Of a DNA stretch of 64,000 bases, positions 18,990 to 30,388 are shown in pieces. This stretch comes from Chloroflexota bacterium (GTDB lineage Bacteria > Chloroflexota > Dehalococcoidia > GIF9 > AB-539-J10), in NCBI GenBank assembly GCA_037444365.1, contig JBBIMO010000004.1:1061-65060 (forward strand), read 5' to 3'. Position numbers and translations under genes: made by a program. How positions within the stretch are numbered: the stretch's first letter is position 1; each line of letters begins with the position of its first letter. The notes below the pieces were generated by a model, which was not told where the DNA came from, did not search any database, and saw only the letters and a list, made by a program, of their open reading frames with translations.

Positions 18990-19649
18990 ATGATTAACAG
19001 CATCGTAATCGCCATCATAATTGGCTATTTCTTCGGCTCCTTTCCTGCATCAGATCTTACCGTCCGTCTGAGAAAAGGGATAGACCTCCGAGAGGTCGGC
19101 GGCAAGATTATCCGCGCCATGACTGTCCTTCACGAGGTCGGGCGTATGGAGGCCTTTCGGGTAACGCCGGCTGACCTGGGCAAGGCCGTAGGAGCAATTC
19201 CTTTGGTGCACCGGCCGTCAGACGTTACGTTCACAACGTCCTTTGACATCATACGGGATGGCATTACCGGGACAGCTGCCGTAGCAGGCCATATCTTCCC
19301 CGTTTTCCCCAGATTCCATAGCGGCAAAGGGGCATCCCCTGCAACCAAGATTCCTGTGTTCCTGATGCCTGGGGCAGCTCCCCTTCTCTTTGTTGTTTTC
19401 CTCGTAGCTCTGCTCTTCACTGATAATCCCACTTTTGATTGCAGCCTGCTTCTTGTCGCTCTCCCATCTGTGGCGGGCTTTGTTTCCCGCAACCGCTGCG
19501 GCGAGCCTCTAGCTTCAGTGTTCTACCCCATAGGCGTGGGGGTATTTCCGGGTATACAATACAGCCCGAGGCTTAAAGAGATGCACAACAAGACCAGCGG
19601 TGATTGGCGCAGATTCGTCAGGCGTCGCAATCTCCGGGAAAGGTACTAG
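18990..19649 (+). CDS. PlsY-family (glycerol-3-phosphate acyltransferase-like) membrane protein with degenerate motif 1
   Basis: Skeleton aligns to PlsY: GSFP ... [18 protein letters not shown] corresponds to GSIP ... GIDIRxxGSGNxGATNVL, and [18 protein letters not shown] corresponds to HNWPVFLKFKGGKGVAT. Start taken at ATG 18990, immediately after the gatC stop. Only this frame is open. Confidence 0.55.
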   Translation: MINSIVIAIIIGYFFGSFPASDLTVRLRKGIDLREVGGKIIRAMTVLHEVGRMEAFRVTPADLGKAVGAIPLVHRPSDVTFTTSFDIIRDGITGTAAVAGHIFPVFPRFHSGKGASPATKIPVFLMPGAAPLLFVVFLVALLFTDNPTFDCSLLLVALPSVAGFVSRNRCGEPLASVFYPIGVGVFPGIQYSPRLKEMHNKTSGDWRRFVRRRNLRERY

Positions 19650-19651
19650 AC

Positions 19652-21160
19652 ATGGCAGCTAATGAACTACACCAGCTAACCATTCATGAAGCACACAAGC
19701 TTCTGAAACAGAGGAAAATCTCCTCAACAGAACTGACGAAATCCGTACTGAGGCGCATCGCAGAGGTAGAGGGCAAGATCCACTCCTGTGTCACCGTGGT
19801 TGAAGACATCGCCCTGAAAGAGGCACAAGAAGTCGATAATCACATCAAGGCCCACGGTGCAATTGCCCCGCTCACTGGCGTGCCTACCATGATAAAGGAC
19901 ATCATATGCACCAAGGGCATAAGGACTACCTGCAGTTCGAGAATGCTGGAGAACTTCGTCCCCCCCTATGATGCGACGGTCATAGAGAAACTGAAGGCAC
20001 AGAAGGCGGTCATAGTCGGCAAAACGAATGTGGATGAGTTTGCCATGGGTTCTTCTACAGAGCACTCGGCCTTTTTTGTCAGCCGCAACCCCTGGGATTT
20101 GAGCCGTGTTCCAGGAGGTAGCAGCGGTGGCTCAGCGGCTGCTGTAGCTGCTGATGAAAGTGTCTATGCTCTGGGCTCCGACACTGGGGGAAGCATCCGT
20201 CAGCCAGCCGCACTTTGCAGCGTGGTGGGATTCAAACCTACATATGGGCTGGTGAGTCGCTTCGGTTTGGTCGCTTTTGCCAGCTCTCTCGACCAAATTG
20301 GACCACTGACCAAGGACGTCACTGACTGTGCCCTGGTGATGAATGCCATTGCCGGCCACGACCCCAAAGACGCAACCTCAGTACGTTATCCTGTCCCAGA
20401 CTACACCCGGCAACTAATTCCAGACATCAAAGGAGTCAGAATTGGCATTCCCAGGGAATATTTTGTCGAGGGTATGCAAAACCAGGTGCGAGCCGCTTTG
20501 CAGGCCGCCATAGACAAGCTTCGGGAACTCGGTGCAGAAATAGATTGGGATATCTCCCTGCCTCATACCAAATACGCTCTGTCTATCTACTACATAATTG
20601 CTCCTTCCGAAGCGTCAGCGAATCTGGCTCGCTACGACGGCGTGAAATACGGTTTTTCCGAGCGAGACGCCAGTAATGTAATCGAGACAACGGAGAGGAC
20701 GCGGCAATTTGGCTTCGGGGCTGAGGTCAAAAGGCGCATAATGTTGGGTACCTATGCTTTGTCCGCAGGTTACTACGACGCCTACTATGTCAAGGCACAG
20801 AAGGTGCGCACACTGATAAAACGCGAATTTGACCAGGCATTCGAAAAATACGATGCCCTGGTCACACCAACCTCGCCCATAGTGCCTTTCAAGCTGGGTG
20901 AAAAGTTAGAAGACCCCCTGCAGATGTATCTAAGCGATATATGCACTCTGCCGGTGAACATAGCTGGAATCCCGGCTATCTCCGTACCTGTTGGTTTCGT
21001 TGAAGATGCTTCTCCTTCAGTTCATGCAGGATCAGGACAAGGCCTACCCGTAGGTATGCAAATCATAGGCAAGCCCTTCAGCGAGGAATTGCTGTTACGC
21101 ATCGCCTTTGCCTACGAGCAAGCAACGGACTGGCACAAGAGAAAACCGCCACTGTCGTGA
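19652..21160 (+). CDS. gatA: Glu-tRNA(Gln) amidotransferase subunit A
   Basis: Amidase signature ([13 protein letters not shown]). 503 aa from ATG 19652, right after the upstream ORF stop at 19649. Confidence 0.9.
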   Translation: MAANELHQLTIHEAHKLLKQRKISSTELTKSVLRRIAEVEGKIHSCVTVVEDIALKEAQEVDNHIKAHGAIAPLTGVPTMIKDIICTKGIRTTCSSRMLENFVPPYDATVIEKLKAQKAVIVGKTNVDEFAMGSSTEHSAFFVSRNPWDLSRVPGGSSGGSAAAVAADESVYALGSDTGGSIRQPAALCSVVGFKPTYGLVSRFGLVAFASSLDQIGPLTKDVTDCALVMNAIAGHDPKDATSVRYPVPDYTRQLIPDIKGVRIGIPREYFVEGMQNQVRAALQAAIDKLRELGAEIDWDISLPHTKYALSIYYIIAPSEASANLARYDGVKYGFSERDASNVIETTERTRQFGFGAEVKRRIMLGTYALSAGYYDAYYVKAQKVRTLIKREFDQAFEKYDALVTPTSPIVPFKLGEKLEDPLQMYLSDICTLPVNIAGIPAISVPVGFVEDASPSVHAGSGQGLPVGMQIIGKPFSEELLLRIAFAYEQATDWHKRKPPLS

Positions 21161-21171
21161 GACACTAGGAG

Positions 21172-21207
21172 TCACCCCTGTTTTGCCGGATCGGCAAACA
21201 GGGGTGA
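21172..21207. terminator. 12-bp perfect hairpin between convergent gatA and hypothetical gene (no clear U-tract)
   Basis: TCACCCCTGTTT - 12-nt loop - AAACAGGGGTGA. Confidence 0.35.
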
Positions 21208-21365
21208 GGACTGGAGAAAAGTAGAGTTGACCCGATTCCTTGCGAAGGCGGACTCTCTCAATTCACATCTTGAGACTCATACCAACGGCATAGACACTGT
21301 TGTGATCTCAATGACCATTGGACCCGTTTTTGGCCATTGTCTCTGGCGAAGATGTCAAGGAAGCA

Positions 21366-22124
21366 CTATTTCACGGGCGTCAGGATAACGGCTATGCTCT
21401 GATAGTAGATGGCGGTAAGCCCCTCAAATCCGGAATCCGTGCCTACCAGCAACCACAGCTCGCCATCCGGGCTGGCGGTGATGGTGTAGTTATGCATGTG
21501 GCTGCGTCTCACGGAAACGTAGGGGCGATTCTCCCAATCAACTATCTCGTCCGCACGAAGACGGTTGGCGATATGCCCCATTACCGATGCTGCTGTCCCA
21601 TCCCTGCTGTTGCCCAGTCCCTTTTCCACATTCATAACGTAATAGCCGCTGTCAGAATGGCCGGTATCAGAGTCAAGGTACACCTCGGGCTCCACGGCGG
21701 ACCCGCCGGCTTTGAGAAACACAGACTCGCCGGGAGCGCCACCGATGCCAACAGCACCGCTGGGTTCATTTGAAGCAATGACAATAGCGAATTTTATGCG
21801 GTACTTATGGCCGGGCACCACTCCGTCATCACTCCCTAGCCGGCGCTTGAGGAACATAAAGAGGTCATCCGCGCGGTTCATCCCTTGCAAGTAGTAGCCA
21901 GTGCCCTCGATTTTCAGTTCAGGTGGCAAGGGCTTTATACCTGCCTCAAGCCTCATATCCCCCATCTCAGGGGAGTATTCAGCGAAGCCAGCTTGCCAGC
22001 CCTGCGCACCATGACGAAAATCGAATTCCAGGCGAATCGAAGAGGATGTTGCCGCAATGACTGCGTAGATACTCAAGACAACTGCCACCACCCCCATGAC
22101 CGCAACAATCATTCCCCTTTTCAT
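21366..22124 (-). CDS. hypothetical membrane-anchored/secreted protein
   Basis: 252 aa. N-terminal hydrophobic anchor (IVAVMGVVAVVLSIYAVIAA). No recognisable domain. Confidence 0.5.
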   Translation of the reverse strand: MKRGMIVAVMGVVAVVLSIYAVIAATSSSIRLEFDFRHGAQGWQAGFAEYSPEMGDMRLEAGIKPLPPELKIEGTGYYLQGMNRADDLFMFLKRRLGSDDGVVPGHKYRIKFAIVIASNEPSGAVGIGGAPGESVFLKAGGSAVEPEVYLDSDTGHSDSGYYVMNVEKGLGNSRDGTAASVMGHIANRLRADEIVDWENRPYVSVRRSHMHNYTITASPDGELWLLVGTDSGFEGLTAIYYQSIAVILTPVK

Positions 22125-22393
22125 TTCCTGCCGCCTCTCGATATGTCAACCTGCTTAACCAGGAATTCCAATTTGATTTCGGGCATGCAAATCCCCTTAA
22201 AGCAAGTAATGTCCCACACCGTCAATGGTTGCGTTTCATAGGGAGCTTGTTCAATGGCGTCGGTCCCTCATTTTAAGCCCTTGGCTTGCTGATCATTCCA
22301 AGAGGAGAGAAGAACTTTCCCAGACTCCTCATCGGCCTGCTGTATCCGGACTCACAAGAGTGCCAACCTTCAGTAAGTCATTTGCGGAGCTGA

Positions 22394-23473
22394 CTAGGCA
22401 ATATACCCATCTCTGATAAGCAGTTCGGCAACAAGAACTGCCCCCTTGGCTGCTCCCATTTTGGTGTTGTGGGATACCAGAAGGTACTTGATGCCGTCTT
22501 CCAGGGCGTTGTCCTTCCTGATTCTACCAACCACAGTCGCCATGCCGTCCTCGGCGTCACGGTCGAGTCGCGGCTGAGGCCTAAACGGGTCTTCGTGGAC
22601 TATTATCATGTGCTTGGGGGCTGAAGGCAGCCCGGCTTCGTCAGCCAAGCCTCGGTATTCTCTCATCGCCCTGACAACGTCGTCTACATCACACGCTTTT
22701 TGTGTGGAGACGAACACTGATTCCGTGTGTCCTTCCCGTACATCAACACGGGTGCAGGTGCAGCTTACATTGAACTTGGCCGGGCTAATAGAACTACCCC
22801 TGAATCTCCCCAGGAGCTTCTGGGTTTCACGCTGCACCTTCTCCTCCTCCCCGACAATAAAGGGAATGATATTGTCCAGGATGTCGAGACCTATTACCCC
22901 CGGACTCCTGCCTGCTCCTGACAGAGCCTGCATGGAAGTCATTATCACTGCGTTCACCCCGAACGATTCGTAAATCGGCTTTAGCGTTATCGCCAGACCA
23001 GTGGTGGTGCAATTGGGAATGGGAGTAATGAAACCTTTCCACCCTCTGACCTTTCTCTGAACATTGATCAATTTGGCATGCTCGGAGTTAACGCCCGGGA
23101 TTAGCATGGGCACATCTTCATCGTAGCGAAAGGCTGAGGCTGCGCTGATGACCGCTTTGTCTCTGGCAAATTTCGGCTCCAGAATCTTAGCCTGATCGGA
23201 CTCCACAGCAGAGAAGATGACATCCAGCTTGGAGATATCCATTTCCAGAGCATTCTGGACAGGCATATCCATAGCCTCTTCTACCGGAGGTTCCTGACAG
23301 AACCAGCGCAGAGCCCCCGACTGCACATCGGTTATGGCTTCTTTGTAACTCCGCCCTGCTGACCTCTCGGAGGCAGCCAGGGCAGCAATTCGAATCCAGG
23401 GATGCCCCTTCAGGGCAACGAGAAATTGCTGGCCAACTATGCCCGTGGCTCCAACGATTCCGGCTTTCATCAT
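22394..23473 (-). CDS. asd: aspartate-semialdehyde dehydrogenase (archaeal-type)
   Basis: GIVGATGIVGQQF Rossmann N-terminus and catalytic Cys region. Start at ATGATG 23473/23470, preceded by GGAGGAAGG. Confidence 0.8.
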   Translation of the reverse strand: MMKAGIVGATGIVGQQFLVALKGHPWIRIAALAASERSAGRSYKEAITDVQSGALRWFCQEPPVEEAMDMPVQNALEMDISKLDVIFSAVESDQAKILEPKFARDKAVISAASAFRYDEDVPMLIPGVNSEHAKLINVQRKVRGWKGFITPIPNCTTTGLAITLKPIYESFGVNAVIMTSMQALSGAGRSPGVIGLDILDNIIPFIVGEEEKVQRETQKLLGRFRGSSISPAKFNVSCTCTRVDVREGHTESVFVSTQKACDVDDVVRAMREYRGLADEAGLPSAPKHMIIVHEDPFRPQPRLDRDAEDGMATVVGRIRKDNALEDGIKYLLVSHNTKMGAAKGAVLVAELLIRDGYIA

Positions 23474-23545
23474 GGCCTTCCTCCGCTGAGTTTTCATTCC
23501 TCAGATTAGGTATGTGTAGCCTGTACTGCCCACTTACTAAGCCAA

Positions 23546-23618
23546 TCGGGGCGAGAGGACTTGAACCTCCGACCTCAGCGTCCCGAACGCTGCGCGCTAC
23601 CAGCTGCGCTACGCCCCG
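23546..23618 (-). tRNA. tRNA-Pro (anticodon CGG), CCA not encoded
   Basis: Minus-strand sequence CGGGGCGTAGCGCAGCTGGTAGCGCGCAGCGTTCGGGACGCTGAGGTCGGAGGTTCAAGTCCTCTCGCCCCGA folds as a cloverleaf with anticodon loop TTCGGGA. Confidence 0.85.
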
Positions 23619-23660
23619 TCGTCTATGCTATTATATGATGTTTAACTATGGGGGACAAGC

Positions 23661-24845
23661 ATGAAGTACTGCGTCTTAATCATTGACGGAGCAGCCGATT
23701 GGCCATTGGCTGCACATGGCGGGAAGACCTGCCTGGAGCTGGCCCGTACCCCCAATATGGATGCCATGACACAAGCGGGCGTTGTCGGACTAGTCCGCAC
23801 CGTGCCACCAGGTATGGAGCCCAGCAGCGCCTGTGCCTGTATGTCCGTGTTAGGCTATGACGCTCGGATATACTACCGGGGGCGAAGCGCCATTGAGGCT
23901 CATGGCATGGGCGTGCCTGTTGAAGAAGGAGACGCCGTTTTTCGCTGCAATCTGGTAGCCGTGCGCGACGGGAGGATGTGGAGCTATAGTTGTGGACATA
24001 TCAGTACCGGCGAGGGACAGGTTCTTGTCAGCAGCTTGAATGAAAAGCTTGGCAACGATGGACTGCGTTTTCATCCGGGCGTGGGCTATAGACACTTATG
24101 TAAGATAAAGGGGAGGGAAGACACCCTACTGGCTAGTTGCACCCCACCGCACGACATCCCTGATAAGCCCATTGCTGAGTTTCTTCCCAAGGGCCCCGGG
24201 AGCGAGTTTTTGCGGGACCTCATGGAGCGCTCCGAGCTTGTGTTGCGTGACCACCCAATAAACTTGGAGCGCAGAGCACGCGGCAAGATTCCCGCTACTA
24301 TGATCTGGCTTTTCTGGGGTAGCAGTAAGATACCCAATATGCCGCCTTTCAAGCAGGCTTATGGGCTTGACGCTGCAGCGATATCTGGAGTCGATATTGT
24401 GCGAGGCTTGGCGCGGATGACAGGAATTGCAGTGCTGGATATTCCTGGTGTGACTGGTGACATGAACAACGACTACATCGCTCAAGCCATGGGCGCCTTG
24501 CAAGCACTTGAGGAATATGACCTGGTGGCTATCCACGTGGAAGCAACGGATGAGGCATCTCACGCCGGTCTGGCTAAGGACAAGATAGAAGCTATTGAGA
24601 AGGTAGACAGGGAAATTGTGAGTCGGCTTCGTTCGTGGAACAAGGGTGCCCTCAGGCTGCTAGTTGTGCCTGACCACGCCACGCCGATCGAGGTTCAGAC
24701 CCATGTTGCCGACCCCGTTCCATTTCTACTCTGGGGGCCCGGATTCACCGCCAGCGGGGCTAAGAGATTTACCGAAGCAGAAGCCAAACACACAGGCATC
24801 TTGATTGACGAAGGTTATGATATTATGGGCAAGCTAACAAGGTGA
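23661..24845 (+). CDS. apgM: cofactor-independent phosphoglycerate mutase, archaeal ApgM-type family
   Basis: 394 aa. Metalloenzyme-superfamily pattern (MKYCVLIIDGAADWP ... LELARTPNMD). Adjacent to lysC. Confidence 0.65.
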   Translation: MKYCVLIIDGAADWPLAAHGGKTCLELARTPNMDAMTQAGVVGLVRTVPPGMEPSSACACMSVLGYDARIYYRGRSAIEAHGMGVPVEEGDAVFRCNLVAVRDGRMWSYSCGHISTGEGQVLVSSLNEKLGNDGLRFHPGVGYRHLCKIKGREDTLLASCTPPHDIPDKPIAEFLPKGPGSEFLRDLMERSELVLRDHPINLERRARGKIPATMIWLFWGSSKIPNMPPFKQAYGLDAAAISGVDIVRGLARMTGIAVLDIPGVTGDMNNDYIAQAMGALQALEEYDLVAIHVEATDEASHAGLAKDKIEAIEKVDREIVSRLRSWNKGALRLLVVPDHATPIEVQTHVADPVPFLLWGPGFTASGAKRFTEAEAKHTGILIDEGYDIMGKLTR

Positions 24846-24860
24846 GATAGAGGTACAGAG

Positions 24861-26081
24861 ATGGCTCTGATAGTTCAAAAGTATGGTGGCAGCTCGGTAG
24901 CCGATGCCGAGAAAATCAGGAACGTTGCTAGGCGTGTCGCTAAAGCCAAAGACGAAGGAAATCAAGTGGTGGTGGTTGTTTCAGCCATGGGAGACACCAC
25001 CGATGACTTGATTAGGCTGGCTTACCAGATCAGCGAGCAGCCAAGTGACAGGGAACTGGATGTCCTTTTGTCCACAGGTGAGATAGTTTCCAGCACCCTT
25101 TTGGCGATGGCCCTAGGGAATCTGGGCTACAAGGCAGTTAGCCTTACAGGTGCTCAGGCGGGCATACAGACCGATTCCAGTTACAGCCAAGCCCGGATCC
25201 TCCGGGTAGACCCAAAGCGAGTGGTCAGTGAGTTGAAGAGGGAAAACATTGTCATTGTAGCCGGATTTCAAGGAGTGACCGGGAAGAGGGACATTACAAC
25301 TTTAGGTCGCGGCGGCTCTGATACGACGGCGGTTGCTCTGGCTGCCAGTCTGGGTGCTGAGATTTGCCAGATATACACCGACGTTGAAGGCGTTTATACC
25401 GCCGACCCTCGTCTTGTCCCGCAAGCAAGGAAGTTGAAGGACATTAGCTATGAGGAGATGTTAGAGCTGGCGACCTACGGGGCGAAGGTAATGCACAATC
25501 GAGCAGTAGAGCTGGGCTGGCTACACAACGTGCCCATCCTGGTTGCTTCTAGCTTCAGCGACAGCCCGGGCACTATCATTCGTAAGGAGGCTTCGATGGA
25601 AGTAAGAAATAAAGTCAGTGGTATTGCTCTCGACACCAATGTGGCTAAAATCACCCTCGTTGGGGTACCCGACCATCCGGGTGTTGCTGCATCAATCTTC
25701 GAACCCCTGGCAAGAGCTAATATAAGTGTAGATACAATTGTCCAGAATGCCAGCACTAATAAGATTACCGATCTCACATTTACAGTGGCAAGAGGTGATT
25801 TGCTGAAAGCGATGTCCATTGTGGAGCCAGTCGTCAAATCTATCGGAGGTAAGCAATGTGCTTCCGATTCCACGTTGGCCAAGGTCAGTATTGTAGGTAC
25901 TGGCATGCAAAATGCACCGGGCTATGCTGCCAGAATGTTTCGCGCTCTTTATGAGCATGGTATCAACATTCAGTTGATTACTACTTCCGAGATAAGGATC
26001 ACCTGTATCATTTCTGAAGATCGAGTCAAGGACGCAGCCCGGGCGCTGCATCAAGCCTTCGAACTAGAGAAGGAGACTTGA
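24861..26081 (+). CDS. lysC: aspartate kinase
   Basis: [13 protein letters not shown] ... [12 protein letters not shown]-terminus. C-terminal ACT domains. Confidence 0.9.
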   Translation: MALIVQKYGGSSVADAEKIRNVARRVAKAKDEGNQVVVVVSAMGDTTDDLIRLAYQISEQPSDRELDVLLSTGEIVSSTLLAMALGNLGYKAVSLTGAQAGIQTDSSYSQARILRVDPKRVVSELKRENIVIVAGFQGVTGKRDITTLGRGGSDTTAVALAASLGAEICQIYTDVEGVYTADPRLVPQARKLKDISYEEMLELATYGAKVMHNRAVELGWLHNVPILVASSFSDSPGTIIRKEASMEVRNKVSGIALDTNVAKITLVGVPDHPGVAASIFEPLARANISVDTIVQNASTNKITDLTFTVARGDLLKAMSIVEPVVKSIGGKQCASDSTLAKVSIVGTGMQNAPGYAARMFRALYEHGINIQLITTSEIRITCIISEDRVKDAARALHQAFELEKET

Positions 26082-26116
26082 CAATATTGGCCTGACACCC
26101 TATATAAGATAAGCCT

Positions 26117-27001
26117 ATGGACATGTACATAGCCTCGTACCAACAGGAAGAAGAGGAAAAGGCCCGATTAAGACAGCGACTGAGCAAGGAAGCCATTGAT
26201 CTAGCCCTGCAAGGGAAGTGGGAGGAAGCTGGAGCGATAAACAGGGATATCATCGAAAGGTTCCCCTCCGACGTCGAGGCCTATAATCGCCTTGGTAGGG
26301 CTTTGACAGAATTAGGGGATTTCGTTGGAGCTAAGGACGCATATCATAAGGCTCTGGAGCTTGCCCCTGAGAATGCCATCGCCAAGAAGAATCTCGCTCG
26401 TTTAATCAGCCTGTCACAGTCCATGGCGACCTTGAAGAGCAGCCCCCGGAAAGCTCCGTCCCCGAAAGCTCAGACCAGAAGAGTGGCTGTTGACCTCTTC
26501 ATAACTGAGATAGGCAAGGCGGGGATAGTGGATCTTCACAATGTGGCGCCAGCCAGCGTTTTGGCTAAGATGGGATTCGGTGACCAGGTGTATTTGAAAG
26601 CAAAGAAGCAAAACCTGACCGTGACGAATGAGAGGGGAAAATACTTGGGAGAGGTAGAGCCGAGACAAGGATTGCGCCTCATTAAACTCATGCGCGGCGG
26701 CAATAAATACGATGCGGCAATGCTTAGTGTAGAAGGTGACAAAGTGCAGGTCCTGATCAAAGAGGTATACCAACATCCCAGCCAGGCGGGACGTCCTTCG
26801 TTTCCTGTCAAAGCTACGGAGCATCTGCGTACGCGCATCAAAGAGGGCCTTCTCCGGCGAGGAATCATTGGTGACGAAGGTGAGCCCGTGTCTGAGGCTG
26901 ACTATCTAGAAGAAGAGGAGGAGCTTGGCCCCGAAGAAGAGCCTTTGCCCGAAGGTTTCACCGTCGTTGGTGAAGACGGCGAAAGAGGAATTGAGATTTG
27001 A
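26117..27001 (+). CDS. TPR-repeat protein with acidic C-terminal tail, translationally coupled to gyrA
   Basis: TPR-like helices ([33 protein letters not shown]) and an [16 protein letters not shown] tail. The TGA stop overlaps the gyrA ATG (TGATG). Confidence 0.55.
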   Translation: MDMYIASYQQEEEEKARLRQRLSKEAIDLALQGKWEEAGAINRDIIERFPSDVEAYNRLGRALTELGDFVGAKDAYHKALELAPENAIAKKNLARLISLSQSMATLKSSPRKAPSPKAQTRRVAVDLFITEIGKAGIVDLHNVAPASVLAKMGFGDQVYLKAKKQNLTVTNERGKYLGEVEPRQGLRLIKLMRGGNKYDAAMLSVEGDKVQVLIKEVYQHPSQAGRPSFPVKATEHLRTRIKEGLLRRGIIGDEGEPVSEADYLEEEEELGPEEEPLPEGFTVVGEDGERGIEI

Positions 27002-29424
27002 TGGAAGCTGCAATAGTAAAACCCGTGAATATCGAAGAGGAGATGAAGGGCTCCTACCTGGACTATGCCATGAGTGTCATCATCTCCCGAGCCCTGCCTG
27101 ATGTCCGTGATGGCCTGAAGCCAGTTCAGCGACGTGTATTGTATGCCATGGACAACCTGGGGTTGCGATACAACAGCCCCTTCAAGAAGAGTGCCCGCAT
27201 CGTCGGTGAAGTCCTGGGGAAGTATCACCCCCACTCAGATGCTCCGGTATACGAAGCTATGGTCCGCATGGCTCAGGACTTCTCTCTAAGATATCCGCTG
27301 GTTGATGGCCAGGGCAACTTTGGCAGCGTTGACAATGACCCGCCAGCGGCAATGAGATATACCGAAGCTCGTTTTTCCAGAATTGCCGAGGAAATGCTAG
27401 TTGACATCGAGAAGAATACCGTCGACTTCGTTCCCAACTTCGATGGCTCTCTGCAGGAACCTTCCGTGCTGTCTGCTAGGTTGCCTAACTTACTAGTCAA
27501 CGGTTCCTCAGGCATAGCGGTGGGAATGGCGACTAACATCCCTCCTCATAACCTGAGTGAGATATGTGATGCCATCGTCTATCTCATCGAGAATCCCCAA
27601 GCTACCGTAGAGGAACTGCTGGGGTTCGTCAAAGGCCCCGATTTTCCCACTGGCGGAATAATCTGGGGGAAAGAAGGCGTAGCTAACGCCTATACTACGG
27701 GACAGGGGAGAATTGTGCTGCGAGCCAAAGCCAGAGAATTCACCACCAAGACAGGGAAGAAACAGGTGCTTGTCACCGAGCTTCCCTATCAGGTGAACAA
27801 GGCAGCTTTGGTAGAGAAGATAGCAGAGCTGGCTAAAGTGAAGAGGATTTCAGGGATAGCCGAGGTCCGTGATGAGTCGGACAGGGAAGGCATGCGTGTT
27901 GTCATCGAACTCAAGAAAGAAGCACAACCTCGACAGGTACTTAATAGCCTCTATAAGTATACCACGATGCAATCTGCCTTTCACATCAACATGGTTGCAT
28001 TGGTTGACGGACAACCCAAAGTAATCAACCTCAAAGAGGCACTAACGTCTTACATTGACTTTCGCTTCCAGGTCATCACCAGGAGGTCTCAGTTTGAACT
28101 TGACAAGGCAAAGGATAGGGCTCACATACTCGAGGGTTTCAGGATTGCCCTGAACAATCTGGAGCAGGTAATCAAGATTATTCGACAGTCTCAAACGGTA
28201 GAGGCCGCTCGTGCCAATCTAATGTCGGCATTTACCATGTCACAAATCCAAGCGCAGGCTATCCTCGACATGCCGCTTCGTAGATTGGCTAAGCTAGAGC
28301 AGGACAAGATCACTGAGGAATACGCCGCTGTGATAAAGAACATCTCTTATCTTGAGGATTTGTTGGCGAATCCTCGTAAGATATTCTCACTTGTTGCTCA
28401 GGACGCTGAAGAGCTTAAGTCCAACTATGGCGATGATCGGCGAACCGTAGTCAAATCAGAGGAAATCGAAGAGTTTCGTACGGAAGACCTTGTCCCTCAT
28501 GAATCCATGGTGGTTACATTGACTAACAAGGGCTTCATTAAGAGGATTCCTGCCGACACTTATCGGCTGCAGCACCGCGGCGGAAAAGGCATCATAGGAA
28601 TGGTAACCCGGGGTGGCGATACAGTCAACCACATCCTGGTAACTGACACCCATGACAATCTGCTTTTCTTCACCAGCACTGGCAAGGTTTACTGTCTCAA
28701 ATGCTACGAGGTTCCCGAAGATGCCTCCCGCACCGCCAAGGGGATAGCCCTGGTCAATTTGCTACCTATCAACCTGGAAGATGAAGTAACTGTGTTACTA
28801 TCCATGGCAGGCTTTCCTGCCGGCAAGTTCCTATTAATGGCTACTGAGGCTGGTGTGATAAAAAAGACTAACCTGGGTGCGTTTGCCTCAATAAGGAAGA
28901 ATGGCATTATTGCCATGGGGCTCAGAAACAAGGATAAGCTGACCTCAGCGGGCGTAGTTGCCGATGAAGACGAGGTCATCTTGGTGAGTCGGAACGGGAG
29001 GGCCATCAGATTTCAGGTCAAAGGCCTGAGGATTGCGTCTCGAACCAGTGGCGGTGTTCGTGGCATACGGCTGGTTGACGATCATGTAGTTGGCATGGGC
29101 ATTGTCTTCCCCGATGCCTATGTTCTCACAGTGACCGAAAGGGGATTTGGCAAGCTGACCCCCATAAAGAATTACCCCGTTCACAATAGGGGCAGCAAGG
29201 GAGTGAGGACTTACAGGGTTAACCCAAAAACGGGCAATCTAGCTTTGTCCAAGCTTGTCTCTCCGCAGGGCTCCCTGGTCATGCTGTCAACTAAGGGCAA
29301 CGTGGTAAATATACCGATGGAGCAGGTCCCTATTCAGAGCAGGAATGGCAGGGGAGCCAGGCTAATGACCTTAGCCGAAGATGATACCGTGGCCTCGGCC
29401 ACCTGGGTTCTGCGACAGAACTAG
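27001..29424 (+). CDS. gyrA: DNA gyrase subunit A
   Basis: [43 protein letters not shown]-terminus. C-terminal beta-pinwheel repeats. Confidence 0.95.
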   Translation: MEAAIVKPVNIEEEMKGSYLDYAMSVIISRALPDVRDGLKPVQRRVLYAMDNLGLRYNSPFKKSARIVGEVLGKYHPHSDAPVYEAMVRMAQDFSLRYPLVDGQGNFGSVDNDPPAAMRYTEARFSRIAEEMLVDIEKNTVDFVPNFDGSLQEPSVLSARLPNLLVNGSSGIAVGMATNIPPHNLSEICDAIVYLIENPQATVEELLGFVKGPDFPTGGIIWGKEGVANAYTTGQGRIVLRAKAREFTTKTGKKQVLVTELPYQVNKAALVEKIAELAKVKRISGIAEVRDESDREGMRVVIELKKEAQPRQVLNSLYKYTTMQSAFHINMVALVDGQPKVINLKEALTSYIDFRFQVITRRSQFELDKAKDRAHILEGFRIALNNLEQVIKIIRQSQTVEAARANLMSAFTMSQIQAQAILDMPLRRLAKLEQDKITEEYAAVIKNISYLEDLLANPRKIFSLVAQDAEELKSNYGDDRRTVVKSEEIEEFRTEDLVPHESMVVTLTNKGFIKRIPADTYRLQHRGGKGIIGMVTRGGDTVNHILVTDTHDNLLFFTSTGKVYCLKCYEVPEDASRTAKGIALVNLLPINLEDEVTVLLSMAGFPAGKFLLMATEAGVIKKTNLGAFASIRKNGIIAMGLRNKDKLTSAGVVADEDEVILVSRNGRAIRFQVKGLRIASRTSGGVRGIRLVDDHVVGMGIVFPDAYVLTVTERGFGKLTPIKNYPVHNRGSKGVRTYRVNPKTGNLALSKLVSPQGSLVMLSTKGNVVNIPMEQVPIQSRNGRGARLMTLAEDDTVASATWVLRQN

Positions 29425-29650
29425 ACCTGCCAAATCTGCTTTAGTGCCTTAAGGAAATGAGAGCAATCAACCATAAACCCAAAGCCAATCTGAAGGCAAT
29501 TGCAAGAGCCCTTATGGCTTTCCTACGCCGTAGTCCTGTCCCGCTCGTCTGCTGGAGCTATACGGAGAGCAGATTTAGGGAGAGGAAGTCTGTGCAAGAT
29601 TACACCCAAGCCTGTAAGGCTGGAATTGGGAGAATAGGACTTCAGATAAG

Positions 29651-30247
29651 ATGGTAGGCATTATTCAACAATTAGCTTTGACTTTCGTCCCCCTCTTCGT
29701 CGCCATGGACGCCGTGGGAAATTTGCCCATCTTTCTGGCCTTGACACAAGAGGGAACAGCTACACACCGTAAGAAGACTGCGAATTTGGCCGCGCTCACT
29801 GCTTTCGGTGTAGGCCTGCTATTTGTCGCTGTCGGCAAAGCCATCTTCTCGCTTCTGGGCATCGAGGTCACCGATTTCCTAATGGCAGGTGGCATCATCT
29901 TGCTGATTCTGGCGGTCAGGTATTTAATCACCGGCAAGGCTGTAGAAGTCGGAGATGTATCAGCCTCCCAAACGATAGGTGTTGTACCTCTAGGCACTCC
30001 TCTGGTTGTCGGACCGGCTGTGCTTGCCGCTCTCCTGTTGCTGATGGGCCGATATCATATCGCAATTGTGCTCTTTTCGTTGATCCTCAATCTGGTGATA
30101 CAGTGGGTGCTCTTCCGTCAAGCCAGTCGAATCGTGGCCTTTCTGGGACGTACTGGCGTGGATGCTATATCGAAGGTAATCATGCTGCTCTTAGCTGCCA
30201 TCGCCATCAAGATGATTCGCGAGGGCATTTTGACCATCTTGGGCTGA
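29651..30247 (+). CDS. MarC family (UPF0056) integral membrane protein
   Basis: 198 aa, multi-TM. FVAMDAVGNLPIF motif. Confidence 0.7.
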   Translation: MVGIIQQLALTFVPLFVAMDAVGNLPIFLALTQEGTATHRKKTANLAALTAFGVGLLFVAVGKAIFSLLGIEVTDFLMAGGIILLILAVRYLITGKAVEVGDVSASQTIGVVPLGTPLVVGPAVLAALLLLMGRYHIAIVLFSLILNLVIQWVLFRQASRIVAFLGRTGVDAISKVIMLLLAAIAIKMIREGILTILG

Positions 30248-30388
30248 AATCCGTCGCGACAAGCTACCCCTCAATTCGAACTTCATTGAAGCCTGGCATA
30301 TTCTTGGCAGCAACGCGGACACTAGATAACGTTTCGACTAAACGAAGGGAGGAATCTGGGCTCTGCGCTAAATAGACGAAAAACCTTA

